From Phoronis australis (lineage: Eukaryota; Animalia; Phoronida): a stretch of 64,000 nt of DNA. The notes under the pieces were generated by a model. It saw nothing but the letters and a program-made list of their open reading frames with translations. It searched no databases and had not been told where the DNA came from. The translations under genes and the position numbers were made by a program. Below, in pieces: positions 1 through 14,100 of the stretch. How positions within the stretch are numbered: the first letter of the stretch is position 1; the number at the start of each line of letters is the position of its first letter. The stretch spans positions 475,464 through 539,463 of the forward strand of contig NMRA01000085.1 in assembly GCA_002633005.1 (NCBI GenBank), given 5' to 3'.

Positions 1-229
1 TCATTTACATGTAATTAAGCGTCACAGACAGCAAAACAATGTGTGTACTAGATAAGAATGTGAATTCTGAAATTTTGATTTTCAAAAGGACAAAAATATC
101 AGACCCGAGAAAGATATTTTTATCATCTCAGGTCTTAACAAGAAAAGCTTTAACACCGTATCACGTGGTTTAACTCCAAAATCAAAATGATGAGTCCGAT
201 GGGAACTGGCCTCCAGTCCGAAATTGCCT

Positions 230-3200
230 CACAAGTGACTGGACTGTCTAGTCTTGGAACTAAACAACAAGACTGTAGAACATAACAGCGAGAAAAACTG
301 CATGCATAATTCGTTTTCAGGATTTAGTACAAAACTTACTAGAGCGTTTTTACAAAAGTAAACTGTTTGGCTGGAGCAACAAATCTGCAGGAATGCCGTT
401 ATGAAATCTTCAGCTCTACCAGTTTTGAACAATCTTTTTCATCAATTACTAATGATATTTCCTGGTTTTACTTTTTTGCTTGTTCTGGTACTGGCTAACC
501 CACAGCCAAACCAGTCATTCTAAATATGAGTTCAAGCAATAAATGATTACATGTACCAACAAAACACAACTGTTTTGTTAAGTGAATATGTTGATAGCCT
601 GTAACCTCACAATGGAGTATTCGTGGGAAATATTCATAACGAAATGCTTGATATCTTGTAACTGATGGGAGTTTCATGAAGCTGTCAGACGGCAATCTCA
701 CCAATTGTTCAAGGTGGCCACATTATTCATCATCTGTTTTAACGTTACGGTCTATTAAAATAGACCATTACGAGTTGGCAACTTTTGTTCGACACTATCG
801 TTCTGCTTTTTATGGTATTTCTCAAATCAGAACATGTTCATAAGTCTAGAATGTATTATGCGCCCTCTTCGTCATGCGTTTTGCTACCATCCTAAACGCG
901 TGAAAAATCCATAAGTCAAATAATTAAGAGTTGACACGGAAACGGATTGATGATTTTTGTATCATGACCATCATGCGGCAGGTGTTCCCTAAGTTACCGA
1001 ATATCTAGTATTCTACAATAAAGAACAATAAACCCTCCTTCCACATCAAAAATAAGGTTTTGTTTAAATCGCTTATGTCATTGTAAAATTAGCCTCATAT
1101 GTTACGTAGTTATGTTAAATGTGTTTTTCGATCTTCGAAAGACAGTTTGTTGAGACCAGACTCTACGCGTTGACTTGTCACGGCGTGTCATTTTCATGCT
1201 CCGCTCATGGTCTCAAGGAATTATTCTTTGCTAGCACAAAAGAAGGGACGAGTCGAGATCATTTTTACTGTGCCATGTGGTCTAAAGAAAAGGTTCATTT
1301 CTTTGACTGAACGCGAGTTTATAGTGATTGTCGACACAAAAGTGGCCGTCGAGCTCTGGAGGGCGGAATGGCACACAAGTGTCATCTTGCACGTCTTGTT
1401 CGGTGTATTTATATACCACCAAAATATATTCTATTGCGATTCATTATGAATATGTAAAATAGGTTGAAAGTGTATAATTACAGATATTCACCGTCTTCAT
1501 ATGTGTTGTCAGTGGACTTGTAATCCGGACGGAAGGAAAACTGGAACGGTTTGACGACGCAGATAACTTATGGGAAATCTTATGTAAGTATGCATGTACA
1601 TGTATCTACACCTGTAAGGGTACTGGGGCCTGATCGCGGCTTTTTGGTGACAACTGATTACACATGTGACAAGCGACCACTTAACGAATTTTCCAAAAGA
1701 AACCTCAGCTTCGAAAGTGCTCATGTGTATTTTGGAGAAATATTTCTATTTTTTGCGGAACAATGAGTTGGTTAAAAATCGTGCCGAAGTCTAATCAATC
1801 GAAATTTTACGACTTTTATTTAGTGAACCAGTGTAAATTTGCGCAGACGTCGGTTGCCAAAGTAAAAGTTCTAACTGAGACCGCCCGTCTACGCACAACT
1901 AAAGATGATGTTGTTTAGGATATCTTGAACAATCGCTACAATCAAGAAACCTTTGTATATAATGACTTGTATACTGCAAATACACAAACCTCGTTTCTTG
2001 GATTTCAATCGAACTGGCTGTGTCACCTGCACTAGCATTACTTCCCTTATAGATGTTCGTTAGGAAACATGTTGTGTTGGATGGACTGCATTTTCCAGTT
2101 GTTCTTGGCAGATGATCGTCAACACACAAAGGGCACCTTGTTAAAACCTTGTTAAAACGAAACTCGTCTTCAAAGTGGAACACGATTTCCTTTATCCTTC
2201 AATGCTCATTCGTCGTCACTGTAGACCAAAGCAGACGTCAGGAGAAGGTTCCCAAGCCAAGTGTTACGGAAGTACTTTAATGTAACGTTTTAGAAAAACA
2301 ACCATATTTGTCCTGGTCAAAGCAAGATCCACTCCTACGTCATCACAGAAATTTTATAAAACTTAAATTTTGATTTTTTTTAAGTAAGCCTTTTGCCAAA
2401 AATTGTAAGGTTAAATAAACTCTTTACATTGACCCGAATCCTCGGGCCTATCCAGTCAGTTTGCAAACTGTTACTGGGGTAGGAATCCATGATTCACATG
2501 CGTAAGCTCATGTACTGGACTGTTCGACACTAAATGTTTATAATTTTATTTTTCTTTATAGTGGATCCATACGTAGCCACTATCATCGTTTACGGTGTTT
2601 GGTCAGTATCGTCATTCCAGGGGTTTGTGGGCTCTGTATATGTAAGTTGTTCCAAATAATTATTGTCACTGAGTTTCATATGTAAGTAGGCTTCCAATTC
2701 GTTTCCGAAATCTTTGTTCGAGATTGCCTTAATGTGCGCATACACTGTGTTGTCAATAGAATAGACAACGAGGAAGTTGAAGGGTTATTTCCTCGTACTT
2801 GAGGCATGAAACGAAAATTGCGAAACCGATTGCTTAACTCTCAGGCAAATTAGTCTCAACATTTCCCTATTTGTAACAGCAGATGATTTGTGTCATCAAA
2901 TGAGTTGAGAGATTACCGTCGATTGATATGAACGTCAGGCAATCATTGGAAGAACTTGTCAACTTAGCCATAACTGACGGAGTTTATACATGTACTCTAC
3001 TTTCGTAGGTGATGCGTTGAATTAGTTGTTTTATATGAACATTATTTTTCATCCACCTATCTATATTATACATGGTATGGAATGGTTTGAAGCACGTTTC
3101 TGGTCCATGTTTATAGCAAAAACACATTTCTGTGCATCAAAACAATCTCTTTGTGTGCATCGATATAAATCATTTCATCTTTGTAGGAATTCCGTTCACT

Positions 3201-4400
3201 GCTCGTGACTTTCTCCATCATAACGATATCTGTCTTGTTACTTCATGTTGCCGCCTATGTGTTCCTATTTACTTCAGGGTTATTCTGTAAGTAATAGCAA
3301 AGGAAATGGGCAGCAACACTGGCTTCAAACGTAAACGCAACAAATTCCTTAGTGTTTAATTTGGCTACTGTCGGTGTCCTCTCTCCCTTTTTGTCTTTCA
3401 TTTTATTTGTTTTAGTTATAATTGATAATTGAAATCTTGTAAATAGATTATTATCTCTGTTTTAATTAATTCAATTCATTATTTATTTATTTATTCATTT
3501 CTTAAACTATTGAGGACCATGTTGTACATTTAGCGCTTGCTACGCATGTTTTGTATATTTATAATGTATCTTAGGTAATAAAGTCTATAATAATAACAAT
3601 AACGATAGTAATAATAATAATAAATCATGTTATGCTGTCAAAACCAACTTTCTTCACTGGAGTATTTCCTTCAGTATCATTTTTTCATACCTTAAATGTA
3701 TATTTTAATTCATATTGATTACAATAGACAAAACAAAAATAACATTTGTGGGCAAAGAACAACAAAAATACTCTGAGGGTTTAGGACACATAGTTGAGAC
3801 CCTGTTTGAGACTGTTTCATGTAACCGGGCACATATACCAACGTACGTCTACTCCGTGTCGTCTTACGTCTTCACTGCTCATCGCCTTTTTCTACTACGG
3901 TAGATTGTAGTTAATTAGATTGCTCGTAGGAACTGAACTGAATATATCTCAACATTATTTTTCAGCGACATACTTCTTTACGCCACTTCATACGACCCTT
4001 TTCATGTTCGGAATTGGCATCATAATTATTGAGGTAAGGGGGAAAGGGGTGACGATGAGACGGAGACAGGAGACGAGGGGTATTGAGGAACAGCCGCTAT
4101 TATGCGTTTGAGGGCGACGATAGATGGTGGGAGCTAGTGGGGGGGTGTACAGGATAAAAGTAAACCTAAAGCCGTCACGTCTATGTCAGCCGTCACGTCT
4201 ATGCATTTAGATGTTCTGCAAATGGTTTTAAAAATGTGGTGGGGTTATAGCCCCCACAGCACCCTATGGTGCGCCGCTCATGTTTTGTATTCATTTGCGC
4301 ACCTACAAATCAAGACCTCGATAGCTTAACTTGGCGAAAAACATGTACACAGTTTAAGAATTATTACAGTTTGTATGATCTGGTTTACAATTGGAACAAT
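230..4400 (-). pseudogene. Decayed leucine-rich-repeat (TLR-ectodomain-like) gene remnant(s)
   Basis: Minus-strand fragments broken by stops and frameshifts fit LxxLxLxxN-type repeats: FLCYYLQNNPEV (~3260-3300), MIYIDAHKEIVLMHRNVF (~3120-3175), LTFISIDGNLSTHL (~2895-2940), HIKAISNKDFG..YLHMKLSDNNYLEQL (~2645-2740), QLVRLPSDSFMKLPSV (~660-710), CSKLVELKIS/GIPADLL (~375-435). LRRNT-like pieces: CTCF..SYRGLDL (~4305-4350) and CICSIQV..IVAIVQDILNNI (~1905-1990). Recognised by eye; number of genes uncertain. Confidence 0.5.
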
Positions 4401-4469
4401 CGACACATCACATCTTCCACCTCAGCCACTCGGGCAATGCGAGCTGGCTGTTTTACCTGGATCCATCGT

Positions 4470-4830
4470 AGACCCTCGGAGGTGAATGTTATCCGTGCAA
4501 GTGCGGATTTTTTTCATGCGGCCAATCGAATGTCACATACAGTGTACATGTAATCCGCCGTGTTATTGAAGTCCGAGTAGGCACACATAACGTTCAGCTC
4601 CGAACGGAAATTTTAGACTACTGAAATACCCCGGGGTATTCCAGATGCACCACGGATATATTCATTCAAAACACCTTGGATATTTTGGTATACTCTGATT
4701 TCTACTCAGAAGTAAACATTTTCTGGTCATGTGCGGATTTCAGTCACATGGCAAGTATAATTGGCCGTGTGATTGAAGTTCGTCTCCGAGAACATGTTTG
4801 AGGCTATGAATAAACCCGAGGTGCTCTGAA
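4470..4830. repeat. Dispersed repeat with internal inverted symmetry, copy 1
   Basis: Aligns in direct orientation with 9700-10050 (GGAGGTGAATGTTA..GCAAGTGC..TTATTGAAGTCCG..CGGAAATTT..CCACGGATAT..CAGTCACATGGC). Contains self-complementary TCGGAGGTGAATGTTA / TAACGTTCAGCTCCGA. Confidence 0.6.
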
Positions 4831-4939
4831 TGATTTGGATGCTGAATGGACCAGTTTCAGCTTATCCTAACATTAATCTTGTTTTCGTACTCTGGTATTC
4901 GTGAATGCACCAACTTGTGGATACGTTTCCCAGTCGACT

Positions 4940-5830
4940 TTGATATTCCAGAAAACCTTCCTCTGCATCCCCATCATTAGGAAATCTTTCATAATTCTCC
5001 ATTTCAAGCACTTGTTGCCAAGATATGCCGAAAGACCATGTGGTTTAAATCTGCGGATAGTTTTAAAAGTATCCAAACGCTGCAAAATTCCGTTTTAACT
5101 TTTTAAGTAATTTTGGTTCCAAAATAAGTGACAACAAATTAAAATCGTTTTCGTTTTAGTTCATGATTATACATTGTTTTGATACCTTCATCATTTTACA
5201 AAGATTAGTACTAAAGCATTTTAAAGAGGCCTGGGACGCGATAAACAGACTAAGTTGCAACATTCAAAATGGTTCTCTGCCATTGAAACAGAATTCAACC
5301 CGCTCATTAGCTATTTTAGGGTTTGTTCGAAAAGACTTTTGATTTCTGTTTATGTCAAAACATTTTCCTTCAGTTTCAAATTTCAAAAAAACGCTCTGTC
5401 AGCTGCTCGCCACTTCGTCCATTTTTCTCCCACAAGGCAAAGCACGTCTCCTTATTTGGTATGGCAAGACATAGATGTAGCATATTTTCCTCATACGGAA
5501 AATGGGACCTTTGACCTCAATAGACTTGACGCAACAGACTCTGAGCTCATGTTCGCATTTATTACATGTATAAGTGGAAGGGAGATTAGAAACTCTGTGG
5601 TAACCACAGAGATTTTCCTTCGAGCGTATTTCACAAATGGTGACATTTGGGATTTTTTTGTAAATTTCCTCACATAGGAGTGTGAATTACTTTGTACTAG
5701 ACGTTACGAGATGATACTTTCGTCATGGATTGTTTAAAAGATACTTTTGACGAGCTTTCGCGTTCCATGTCTCTTTGATATTGAAATATTTTCAGACTTA
5801 TGAGCACTCACGAATGCAGCGTGTATTTTG
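4940..5830 (-). pseudogene. Decayed TIR domain (TLR-like pseudogene, cytoplasmic part)
   Basis: TIR motifs appear in the correct order across frameshifts: box1-like KIHAAFVSAHKSE (~5790-5829), LL/TIHDES (cf. LCIHERDF, ~5717-5740), KYARRKISVVTTEFLIS (~5583-5633), KCEHELRVCCVKSIE (cf. WCEYEL, ~5516-5560), ILLKLSADLNHMVFRHILAT (~5010-5070), FPNDGDA/KVFW (~4945-4990). Confidence 0.55.
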
Positions 5831-6359
5831 AGCCACCCTGTATATTCTTCCTAATGTCTCTTACCGGTATTCTCTAAGTGTCGGTTGTTTCAAACTCGTC
5901 CTTGTCTTTGTAGACCTATGGGCAGGTGTTCGTTATACAGCACATTAAAACGATTACAAGGAAGGGAAAATTGAAACTGATCGACCCACCTGCACGCAAA
6001 ACAAAAGATAAGATATATTTCACTAGTGACTTCAAAAGGTAAAGAAAGACGTCAGTCAGTTACTTCTAAACCTATCTATTACATGTACATGGATACTTCG
6101 AATGCAATTTTCGTACTATTGGGCCCTAAAGGCAAGTGCAAGAGTTTGAATGGCATGATCGTAGTTTAGTTCACAAAGTCAAGTAGTGGTGTTCGTAATG
6201 AAATCACGGATTTGTTTTTGTAACAAAATTTAAGTCTTTTAATTGTATCTAGTGGAGTGTGCACTACTTAATGCTACATTTTGCCCTGTGTTATTGTGCA
6301 TGGCTGAAGAACGAACATGGAAATATGCCTTTTTGGCTCATAAAGTCGATCACGTAATA

Positions 6360-9300
6360 TTCCTTACCGCCATAAGATTACATTTCCGTTACCAAATGAC
6401 GTCATAGCGTACATGGGCATTTTTCCATTTCTCAATTTTAGGATTGCCCTACCTGGATAAATTCTTGCGTTTCTTTGGTCACCGATGGATTCGATGTTAG
6501 TGATGGGAATAAAATCTGATCTCAGTAAGGAATACTGTGATTTCATTTTAGTCAGCTAAACAGGGCGAAACGCAGCTTTAAGATACGAGTTAGCATCTTA
6601 GTACTGCATTCTAATTTCAACCGCACTGTGCTTCTGCATCCGGGTATTGTTTTAGAGAGATTTGCTATAAAAACGATTTCATTTTCAGGTCTGTGATCGA
6701 GTCTCCATTAAGTGATGGAACAAGGGATGTTTGTAATCATGTGTAGACTTCACATCTCGAACTCGACCTCGACGAAAGCAATACACGAGTTTGTTAGTAA
6801 TATTGACTCTTAACGTTCCGCCTAAGTTTGTCGCACTATAATTAAAGCTGAGTGCACTTAACCCACTCGCCGGCATATGATTGGTTCTGGATGACTACTT
6901 CCGGCTTGCAAACCAATCAGATGTCTTAGCCGGTTGGCTTGGCTGAGCTGGCGGAGTAAATCAACTGCAGTCTGGGTGATTTCATTCGATCTTTATGCTA
7001 TTCAAAACATTTTTCAGGTATCACATGTCAGCTTTCGTACAGTATTGCCGTTGAATCATAGGTGCCTCGAAGCAAGCGGCTACATGTGTCATTTCAACTT
7101 TGATACGTAGAACTTACATGTATTGTCTCTGCCGGAAACCATGTGATGAAAGAGTCAGATTAAAAAAGCTCTGTAAATAGACAAACGTTACTAACGTCAT
7201 GCGGAAAACGGATTTTCCCTGGTAGACGGTAGAAATTGTTAATTTATTGAAATATTTCATTCTAGTTTATGCATGAGGAGCCCCATGACGGTATAAAAAT
7301 GAGGTGCAATTGTTCTTAAGCCTTGTTGATAAAAGGGAACTGAATTGGATTCCGTCTAATGGCTCAAAGCTAAGGTAACCACTTTCACTCTGGAGCAAAA
7401 GAACTGTGAATTGTGTACATGGAGTACTTTTCCTTGATTTTCCATTCATTTTGGGCTAGTGGAGAAAACTGGGAATAAGTCTTGTATTGTCAAATAATAT
7501 ACTTGAGTGTAGGAACAAAAAGAGTTTAATATATTGGATGCGTTTTTCAACCCCAGAAATCGCTTTCGCATTATATCCAGGTTCTCGTCTCATTAGTTGT
7601 TGCACGGACAATCGGCTGCTCGGTAAGGTGGCAACTGTTTTTGGAGAGATGCTATCTGAACTTCTGGTTGCTTATAATACGTCTAAAACAAAGTAATATC
7701 TACATATCGTTTGTCTACGCCATCGGGGGATTAGGCTGCTAACACGCGATCCTTGAGTGTTTGAAGTCTCTCTTTATCAGCCAACGCCATTTCTACAGCG
7801 TCCAAACAAACGTTTTTAACAAATTTGTGAAACTTCACATCAATCAAAAGAGAAATACTTGTTGACTGTGCTGCTGCTAACCAAACTGAAGTCCATTGAC
7901 ATTTAGGGAACCGTAAACGGCCTTGCCAGTTATTTTGGCCTCTTTTTACCTTTCCCTAACAACGACGAATCAAATTGTCTGCCACCGTCTCATTTTTACC
8001 TAGTGAGTCACGAAGGGAACCGAATACCAACCTATGAGCGAAGTAAATGCTTTAGTTCACGTGCTCACCGCTGGATAAAAAGGGAAAATGGTGCAGTGAG
8101 AAGGGAATAGCAAAAAACCGAATCTTATACTGTACTGTACTGAATATAGTAAATTCTTCGAAAGGCTTGATAGGCAATTATATTCGCCGTATTATTTGTG
8201 TAGATAAATGCGTTCACGCGATCGCAATTTTGACGTGTGCAGTTCGAGTGTGATGTATATGACACTTAATTTTACGCCTTTACTATACAGACTTCCAACT
8301 ATGTTTAATTGTTGGTTTACCGACTACGCCATTTCATGCTGTAAACCAAATGTTTTGTAATGAACCTACCGCTTGTGTGAATTCAATGCGCCTCGTGTTA
8401 ATAAATTGAAAAATGAATTGATGCACGCGAGTGTTAAGTAGCTGTGTATTTTGTACTGTAAATAGATACTGTAAAGGTTGGTTTACTGTTTGAAATATTG
8501 CCGATGTTGTTCCATTGTTAAAAGAACGTGCTGTTATTGCTGACTTCGTGTTGAAGGTCGACATGGCTACCCACTACGCGTGTTGCCAGTAAGTGCACAT
8601 TTTGGGCTAGTTCGTTTGTTAATGTACTCGATGGGAAGTTTTCTTATCCAACAAACATTACCAAAAACCTTGGGCAAATTGCATGGAACATACGACGATT
8701 GTTGCCATCAGCTATCAGTGCTCATGCTCTTCAAAATCTCACCCGGACAAGGTACAAGTATGGTGATTTAAACTTTACCGCAGGTCAACTTTCCACGGAG
8801 AGGCACTCTTACCACGAAAGCAGAACTCTTACCTCTAAACCACTGATCCGAAAGATATCCAACCATGCAAAAAGAATCCAAACCACGGAACTCGAACTGC
8901 AACCACACACGGGCACACTTTCCACGCACAACATGGTTGTTAGTTCATTTTTGTGAGTGGTAAGAGTTCTTCTTGTATGAATTTGGTTCCTCTCCCGTAT
9001 AAGTAGGACCTAAATACTGAAGAATCGATGACCAACCTTGATGCACTGAGCTGCAGCAGTTTCACATACTCACTAGTTAAACGGTATTATCTCTGTAAAA
9101 GAGCGGATTCAAATGAATACTGTACGTTCCACTGCACCATAGACTGTGCTCACTGAAAGAGACACTCGTTTGTGTTGTAACGGGACGCCGTTCTATACTG
9201 TTAGAAACAACAGTACATGTAGTTTAGTAGAAAGCGTTCTTCTTGCACACAAAACTGAGGGTCAAAACAGTTAGGTAGAGGTGTGTGCTAACTTTCATAT

Positions 9301-9650
9301 CGGAGCCTTGCGTCTGACTACTGATGGAAGACGTACATGTATTAGGTATCATAGGTTGCCAATTTAGACATAACGATAACGCATGAAAAAAACAGTACTA
9401 CTTTGAGACTGGCCAAGTCTCATCAGCCGGATAGAAAGCTAGGTTCACGGCTTCTCAACGATGCTGGTCAATTAGTTCTTCCAAAAGTTACCCTTGGAGA
9501 TCAGTCAGGGGAACAAAGCATGCGTTACAGAACAATTCTGTGTAGGAAAGTCATTATTAATATGTGTTAATAGGTGAAAACCACGTTTATTATCGTTTAA
9601 CGTATCAAGCGCGACACAAATTCTTTGATTCAGCCTTCGTGAAGGAAGGT
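6360..9650 (-). pseudogene. Decayed LRR ectodomain upstream of the TIR remnant (probably the same TLR-like pseudogene)
   Basis: Fragments: LLTHINNDFPT (LRRNT-like, ~9541-9573), NFWKN*LTSIVEK (~9451-9489), ERLQTLKDRVL (~7740-7775), SISPKTVATLP..QQLMRREPGYN (~7570-7655), GYLSFEPLDGIQFSSL (~7335-7380), SLLRSDFIPITNIESI (~6485-6535). Interrupted by unrelated insertions; no intact ORF and no TM found. Confidence 0.4.
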
Positions 9651-9699
9651 TATCACGAGACATTCCAAACGTTGTGAATATTCCTAGCCTCAAATATCC

Positions 9700-10050
9700 C
9701 CTTGGAGGTGAATGTTACCTGCACAAGTGCATACGGCCAAATCATTATCACTTCCAATGTCCAATTACTGGACGAATTATTGAGGTCCGCCAGCGGAAAT
9801 GCATATAACGTGCTCCTCAGCACGGAAATTTGATGCCACGAAAATGCCCGAAGTACTTCACAATAGGCCACGGATATGTCCATTCCGAACACCGCGGGTA
9901 CTTTCATAGCCTCGAGTTCATCATCGAAAGTGGGAATGTACGAACTTCAGTCACACGGCCAATCACTCTCAAGTCAGAAAGTCACACGACTGGCCGTATT
10001 ACTGAAGTACTCTCATGGGCACAGAACATTCAACTCCGAAGGGAAATTTG
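9700..10050. repeat. Dispersed repeat with internal inverted symmetry, copy 2
   Basis: Diverged direct copy of 4470-4830. Confidence 0.6.
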
Positions 10051-11101
10051 AGACTTTATAATACTGAAGGAGTTCTGGTCGCGAAAGTTCTCCGCTTCCC
10101 GGAACAATTCGTCGAGACGGACCAGAGTATACTGAGGCCTCTAGCAAATTCGTTCAATTGATTTTGTCTGGATTCGACTACTGTTCCATGTGTGTTGATA
10201 ATCTATTCAAAAAGCAAGTGCACCCTGTGTTTTAGCAGTGCCTAATTTCCATACACGTTGGTGTCCAGTATGGAACAATTGTTATGTTTTATGAGATGTT
10301 TGATCCAGCTGCACGTTGAAGGGACATGTTTTTTTTAGAGAAACTTGGTAGTAAAAATAAACTCGCAAAACGGGTGACTTAAGGAGTGTTTCACTGTTTC
10401 GAAAACATCGCTTCCGATTGAAAATTTATAGGTGCATTTCATTCCTTTTTGCGATCTTAACGTTGATGTGACCAACTTTACATTAAATAATTTGTTCTAA
10501 ATTTTCTCTTGCCAATATTTGCCTCTTGGCCTCTCAGTAAACTGCTCCTTACCTCGCTCGGGTTACCCAATCCCGTCAAACGAGATGGCATTACAACGCT
10601 ATTTAGCTCGATGACACCACAAATAATGTTTCGGGCTGAAAATCATACTTTGTGCCTTTTAGTATCCTGTTTCGTTATTTACACTTAACGCTGTGAATAA
10701 AAGTAAACCACATCGTACAGAAAATTTCAGACGCATGCTCAACTATTTGTTTACCTACTTGATCCACCGAAATGGGTCCAAACCAGTCTTCTTGGCAATT
10801 CGAACCTAAGCAATAAAGCCATATGTTCTGAAACCGTGAACAACCTACACAGCATGGACTATTAAATCAGTCGCGGTACTCGTTTTTTTTCTTATTTTCG
10901 TGTCCTGTCTTCGTGGGAAAAACTTCTATAAACTGGACAGCAAATTGCCTCACGCATTCACTGATTCAATTTCTTCCAATTTAAATTGGATTTAGCCAAA
11001 ACATAAGGTACGCTAACATTTTGAGTGTTTTAAAAGTCTTGTACGAGATTTCCCTCGATAACGATCCTTTTTACCTATTGATCTAGGGCTACTTGCGAGA
11101 A

Positions 11102-11174
11102 ATGAACCATTTACTTGCAATCATGGTTTGGATTGCAAGCGTGTTCAGCATGTCACCTACGGTCAAGTCCAAGG
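11102..11174 (+). CDS. Gene A coding exon 1, signal peptide MNHLLAIMVWIASVFSMSPTVKSK
   Basis: Acceptor TCTAG|GG at 11086/11087 (same context as the first coding exons of B and C), hydrophobic N-terminus, strong phase-1 donor G|GTAAGT. Confidence 0.7.
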
Positions 11175-14100
11175 GTAAGTTGAAATCGTATACCGGCAAG
11201 ACTGAGCCTGATTCTAAAACGTATCATAGGAGTAGTTTATGTTTTAACGCTCCTTTAGACGTTTCTTATGGTTTGGAAGTGGTCTTAAACTGTTCTTGCA
11301 GAAGACTAGTAATGTGTCTTCACTATCAGGCCTCTTTCCGTCGAAAAATTTAATTTTGGTTTAGATCACTTAGCTTAAAAGGCGACGAAACCCTGTTTTG
11401 ATGATTTCCACCAATCCTCTTTCTGTCACCTGCTAATGCCTCATTGGTGTCAACACTCCAAGTTAAAGGCAGGAATCAAATGAAGACTCATACTTCCTCT
11501 CTATGTCACAGACTGGACATTGTGGTTCTTTGTGAGTCAGGTCCATTTCCACAGTTGTCGTGTAATTCTCTGAAACCGTAGATCACGCTTGCTCGCTTAG
11601 AAGACTTTTGAAAGGAGTTTTCAAATTCCCTTCAAAGTTTTGAGGGTTGTCGAAGGTCACAGAGTATTATTTTGTTTCAGAGAAGTGGATATGAACGTCG
11701 TTCTGTTATTGGGTCAAAACCGGGTTTGGTATCCTTTTAAGAAAACTGGTGTCAGCTCCATGAAAAATGACCAAGACTTCGGTCTACTTACGCTCCACAC
11801 AATTATTTGTAAGGAATAATTAAATCTCACTTGAGTAATTGAAAAGTCTTTGAGAACAAACAAAGCCTTGCTAGTTATTGAAATGGTTTCTATGAATTAT
11901 TTCTAGGCTGCGATGTGTCCGCAAATACTTGGATAAACGTTTTTCATTAATTGTGTAGTGGAAGTTTAAGACCAAATTTTGGTATCGTCACTTTATTAAA
12001 CAGAACCTACGGTAGAGTTTAGTAACGCTTGTAGCTACGCCAGGGCCTCGCTAAAAACCAATACTTCGCGAGACTATTTGAGATGTCGCTGTGTATTTTA
12101 AAATGAGAATAGTGATTTTGGTTAGATTTTTCTAGCCGCGAGACAGCTACGGAATTCTACCCAGGTCTCAACTTGTTCTCAATTTAAAGACGATTTGTAG
12201 GCTGCTTGGTCCTCACGGCGAGCTTGGTCTCAATGTATGGCGAACTGCCATTTCCAAGACCAGAAATCCTTCCCTGTCTCAGTAAGAAAGAAACTGAGAC
12301 CATTTTTATAGGGTGGCAAGTTCTCTGTACCAAATTTCAGGTACTCTAATTAAAGGCGAATAACAATCACGTTTCACTGCTAAAACCTTTAACTGGTAGA
12401 CGCGTTACATTTACTGTACTTTTGATGCATTGATGTTCTGCATATTTTAAACACACCAATGCACAGATTAGCTGATCAGCGAGGGGTCGATATCGACCTC
12501 CAGACTCGGCAATGCCCTTTAGGGAGTCGAGCGGATCATCGAGGGGGAGGGCTGAACATTGTGTTATGACATCCTACGCTACGCTTTTAAACATGTTTTG
12601 TTTTCCGGTAGCAGATTTCCCTCGTCAGCCTCTTGCACTGCGCGTTTGAAACATGTTTCATATCCACACTGAAGTTTTCACGCAGTTTCAGGATTGTGTT
12701 TTTGGAAACACAAGCAAAATTGTTGGCAAAACTAAAAGGCATAGTGTTTGAAAAATTCTGGTCTTGGCCAACCACCATCGTTGTAGCCACACTAAGAGAT
12801 TCTGGACTCGTCAACATGCAGACCCAATTCATTTTTGTAGTCACAGACAATTACTAAAACTAGGTACAGCGTAATGTACTATGCTAGACCACAAACTGTC
12901 GCAACTGCATAGACTCAGTTTAGCAGATATCACGTTTTGTTGACCTTCGACACGCAAACTGCCGGAATTCTTCGCTGCGACATCTTGTGTTTTGTATTGT
13001 CGCGCGAACTGTCGTAACACTGTGGAGACATTTGAATCACAAATTGTGAAGAGTTGTAGGAGGTTGTACTGAGAACGTGGCAAGCGACGGTCGAGAGAGA
13101 GTGGGACAATTCGATGGAACCGGAGGGACAAGACTAGTCTCACCCTTGTGAGCCACGAGAATGAGTCGTTAATGGTACATGTATGGTAGGCAACTCGACG
13201 GCGACGACGGTGAAGAGGCCAACAGTGCATACATGTCAACCAATACGGGGATTACGTATTTGCTACGTATTTTTGCGGTTTCTGTAGTGCTACGGCGTGG
13301 CGCCAAAATGCGTATTTTCGGTAGTTAATACGCATTTTGCCGATGTTCGTAATAAAGTTTTCAAAACTTCGCTAATTGGCTTTTACTGGCGATTTCTTTT
13401 GTCGAAATAATCTCAAATGTCACTAGCCTTGCTCGACAGGGCCAAAGGAGCTCGCAAGGAGTTTAACAACACTCACAGTTATTAGATGTAAGAGCTTCTA
13501 GTAAGTAAGTAAATACATGCAATGCACTTGACGCTTAGCAATATTTTGACTCATTTTCGTCTGTGGTATGGTTTGCTATGTTTTTTCAAAATTTTTAAAA
13601 GAGCAAAAATGGTTGACATGTATGACTGTGACACACGACAAAAGTGCCAAGGTTGGCAAAACGACGAGGCTGGTGGCAACTGCCAATAGCAGTTCAGTGA
13701 AAAGACATCAACATTGGGTCGGAGCCATGCAATTCTTGAGTAGGGAGCACATCCAGTACACGCCATTGCGCCCACGAAATTACGACGAGGATTGCGAAAG
13801 TTTGTGGCTCAACTGTGCTGCATTCACTCGTAATGATTAAATTCATCGTTTTCAACGTCATTGGCTTTTCCAAATTACGACAGATGACGTTTGAAGTTCT
13901 GCATATCAAGCTGTCGCAATTTGAAGGTCGTGATGACACCTTGTGCAATAATGCAAAAAACAAACTTTCGCAACGGATAATTGTGACTTTTTATGTGAGG
14001 ATCTGCACGTATTTTGCGACAGCGTGTACTGCTGCGACAGTTTGTGATCGAACACTGTCTGGTCCTACACCATGGGCAGCGCACCATAGGGGGCTGCGCA

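Noticed and set aside
2065-2125. Minus-strand IICQE/TGKCSPSNTTC resembling the end of a sushi domain
   Set aside because: Needs a frameshift, lacks the Trp and the first half of the domain, and has no splice signals; could be chance.
6870-6925. Inverted CCAAT boxes (TGATTGGTT..AACCAATCA) as a gene A promoter
   Set aside because: About 4 kb from the first coding exon, inside the decayed LRR region, and palindromic like a MITE interior; no supporting evidence.
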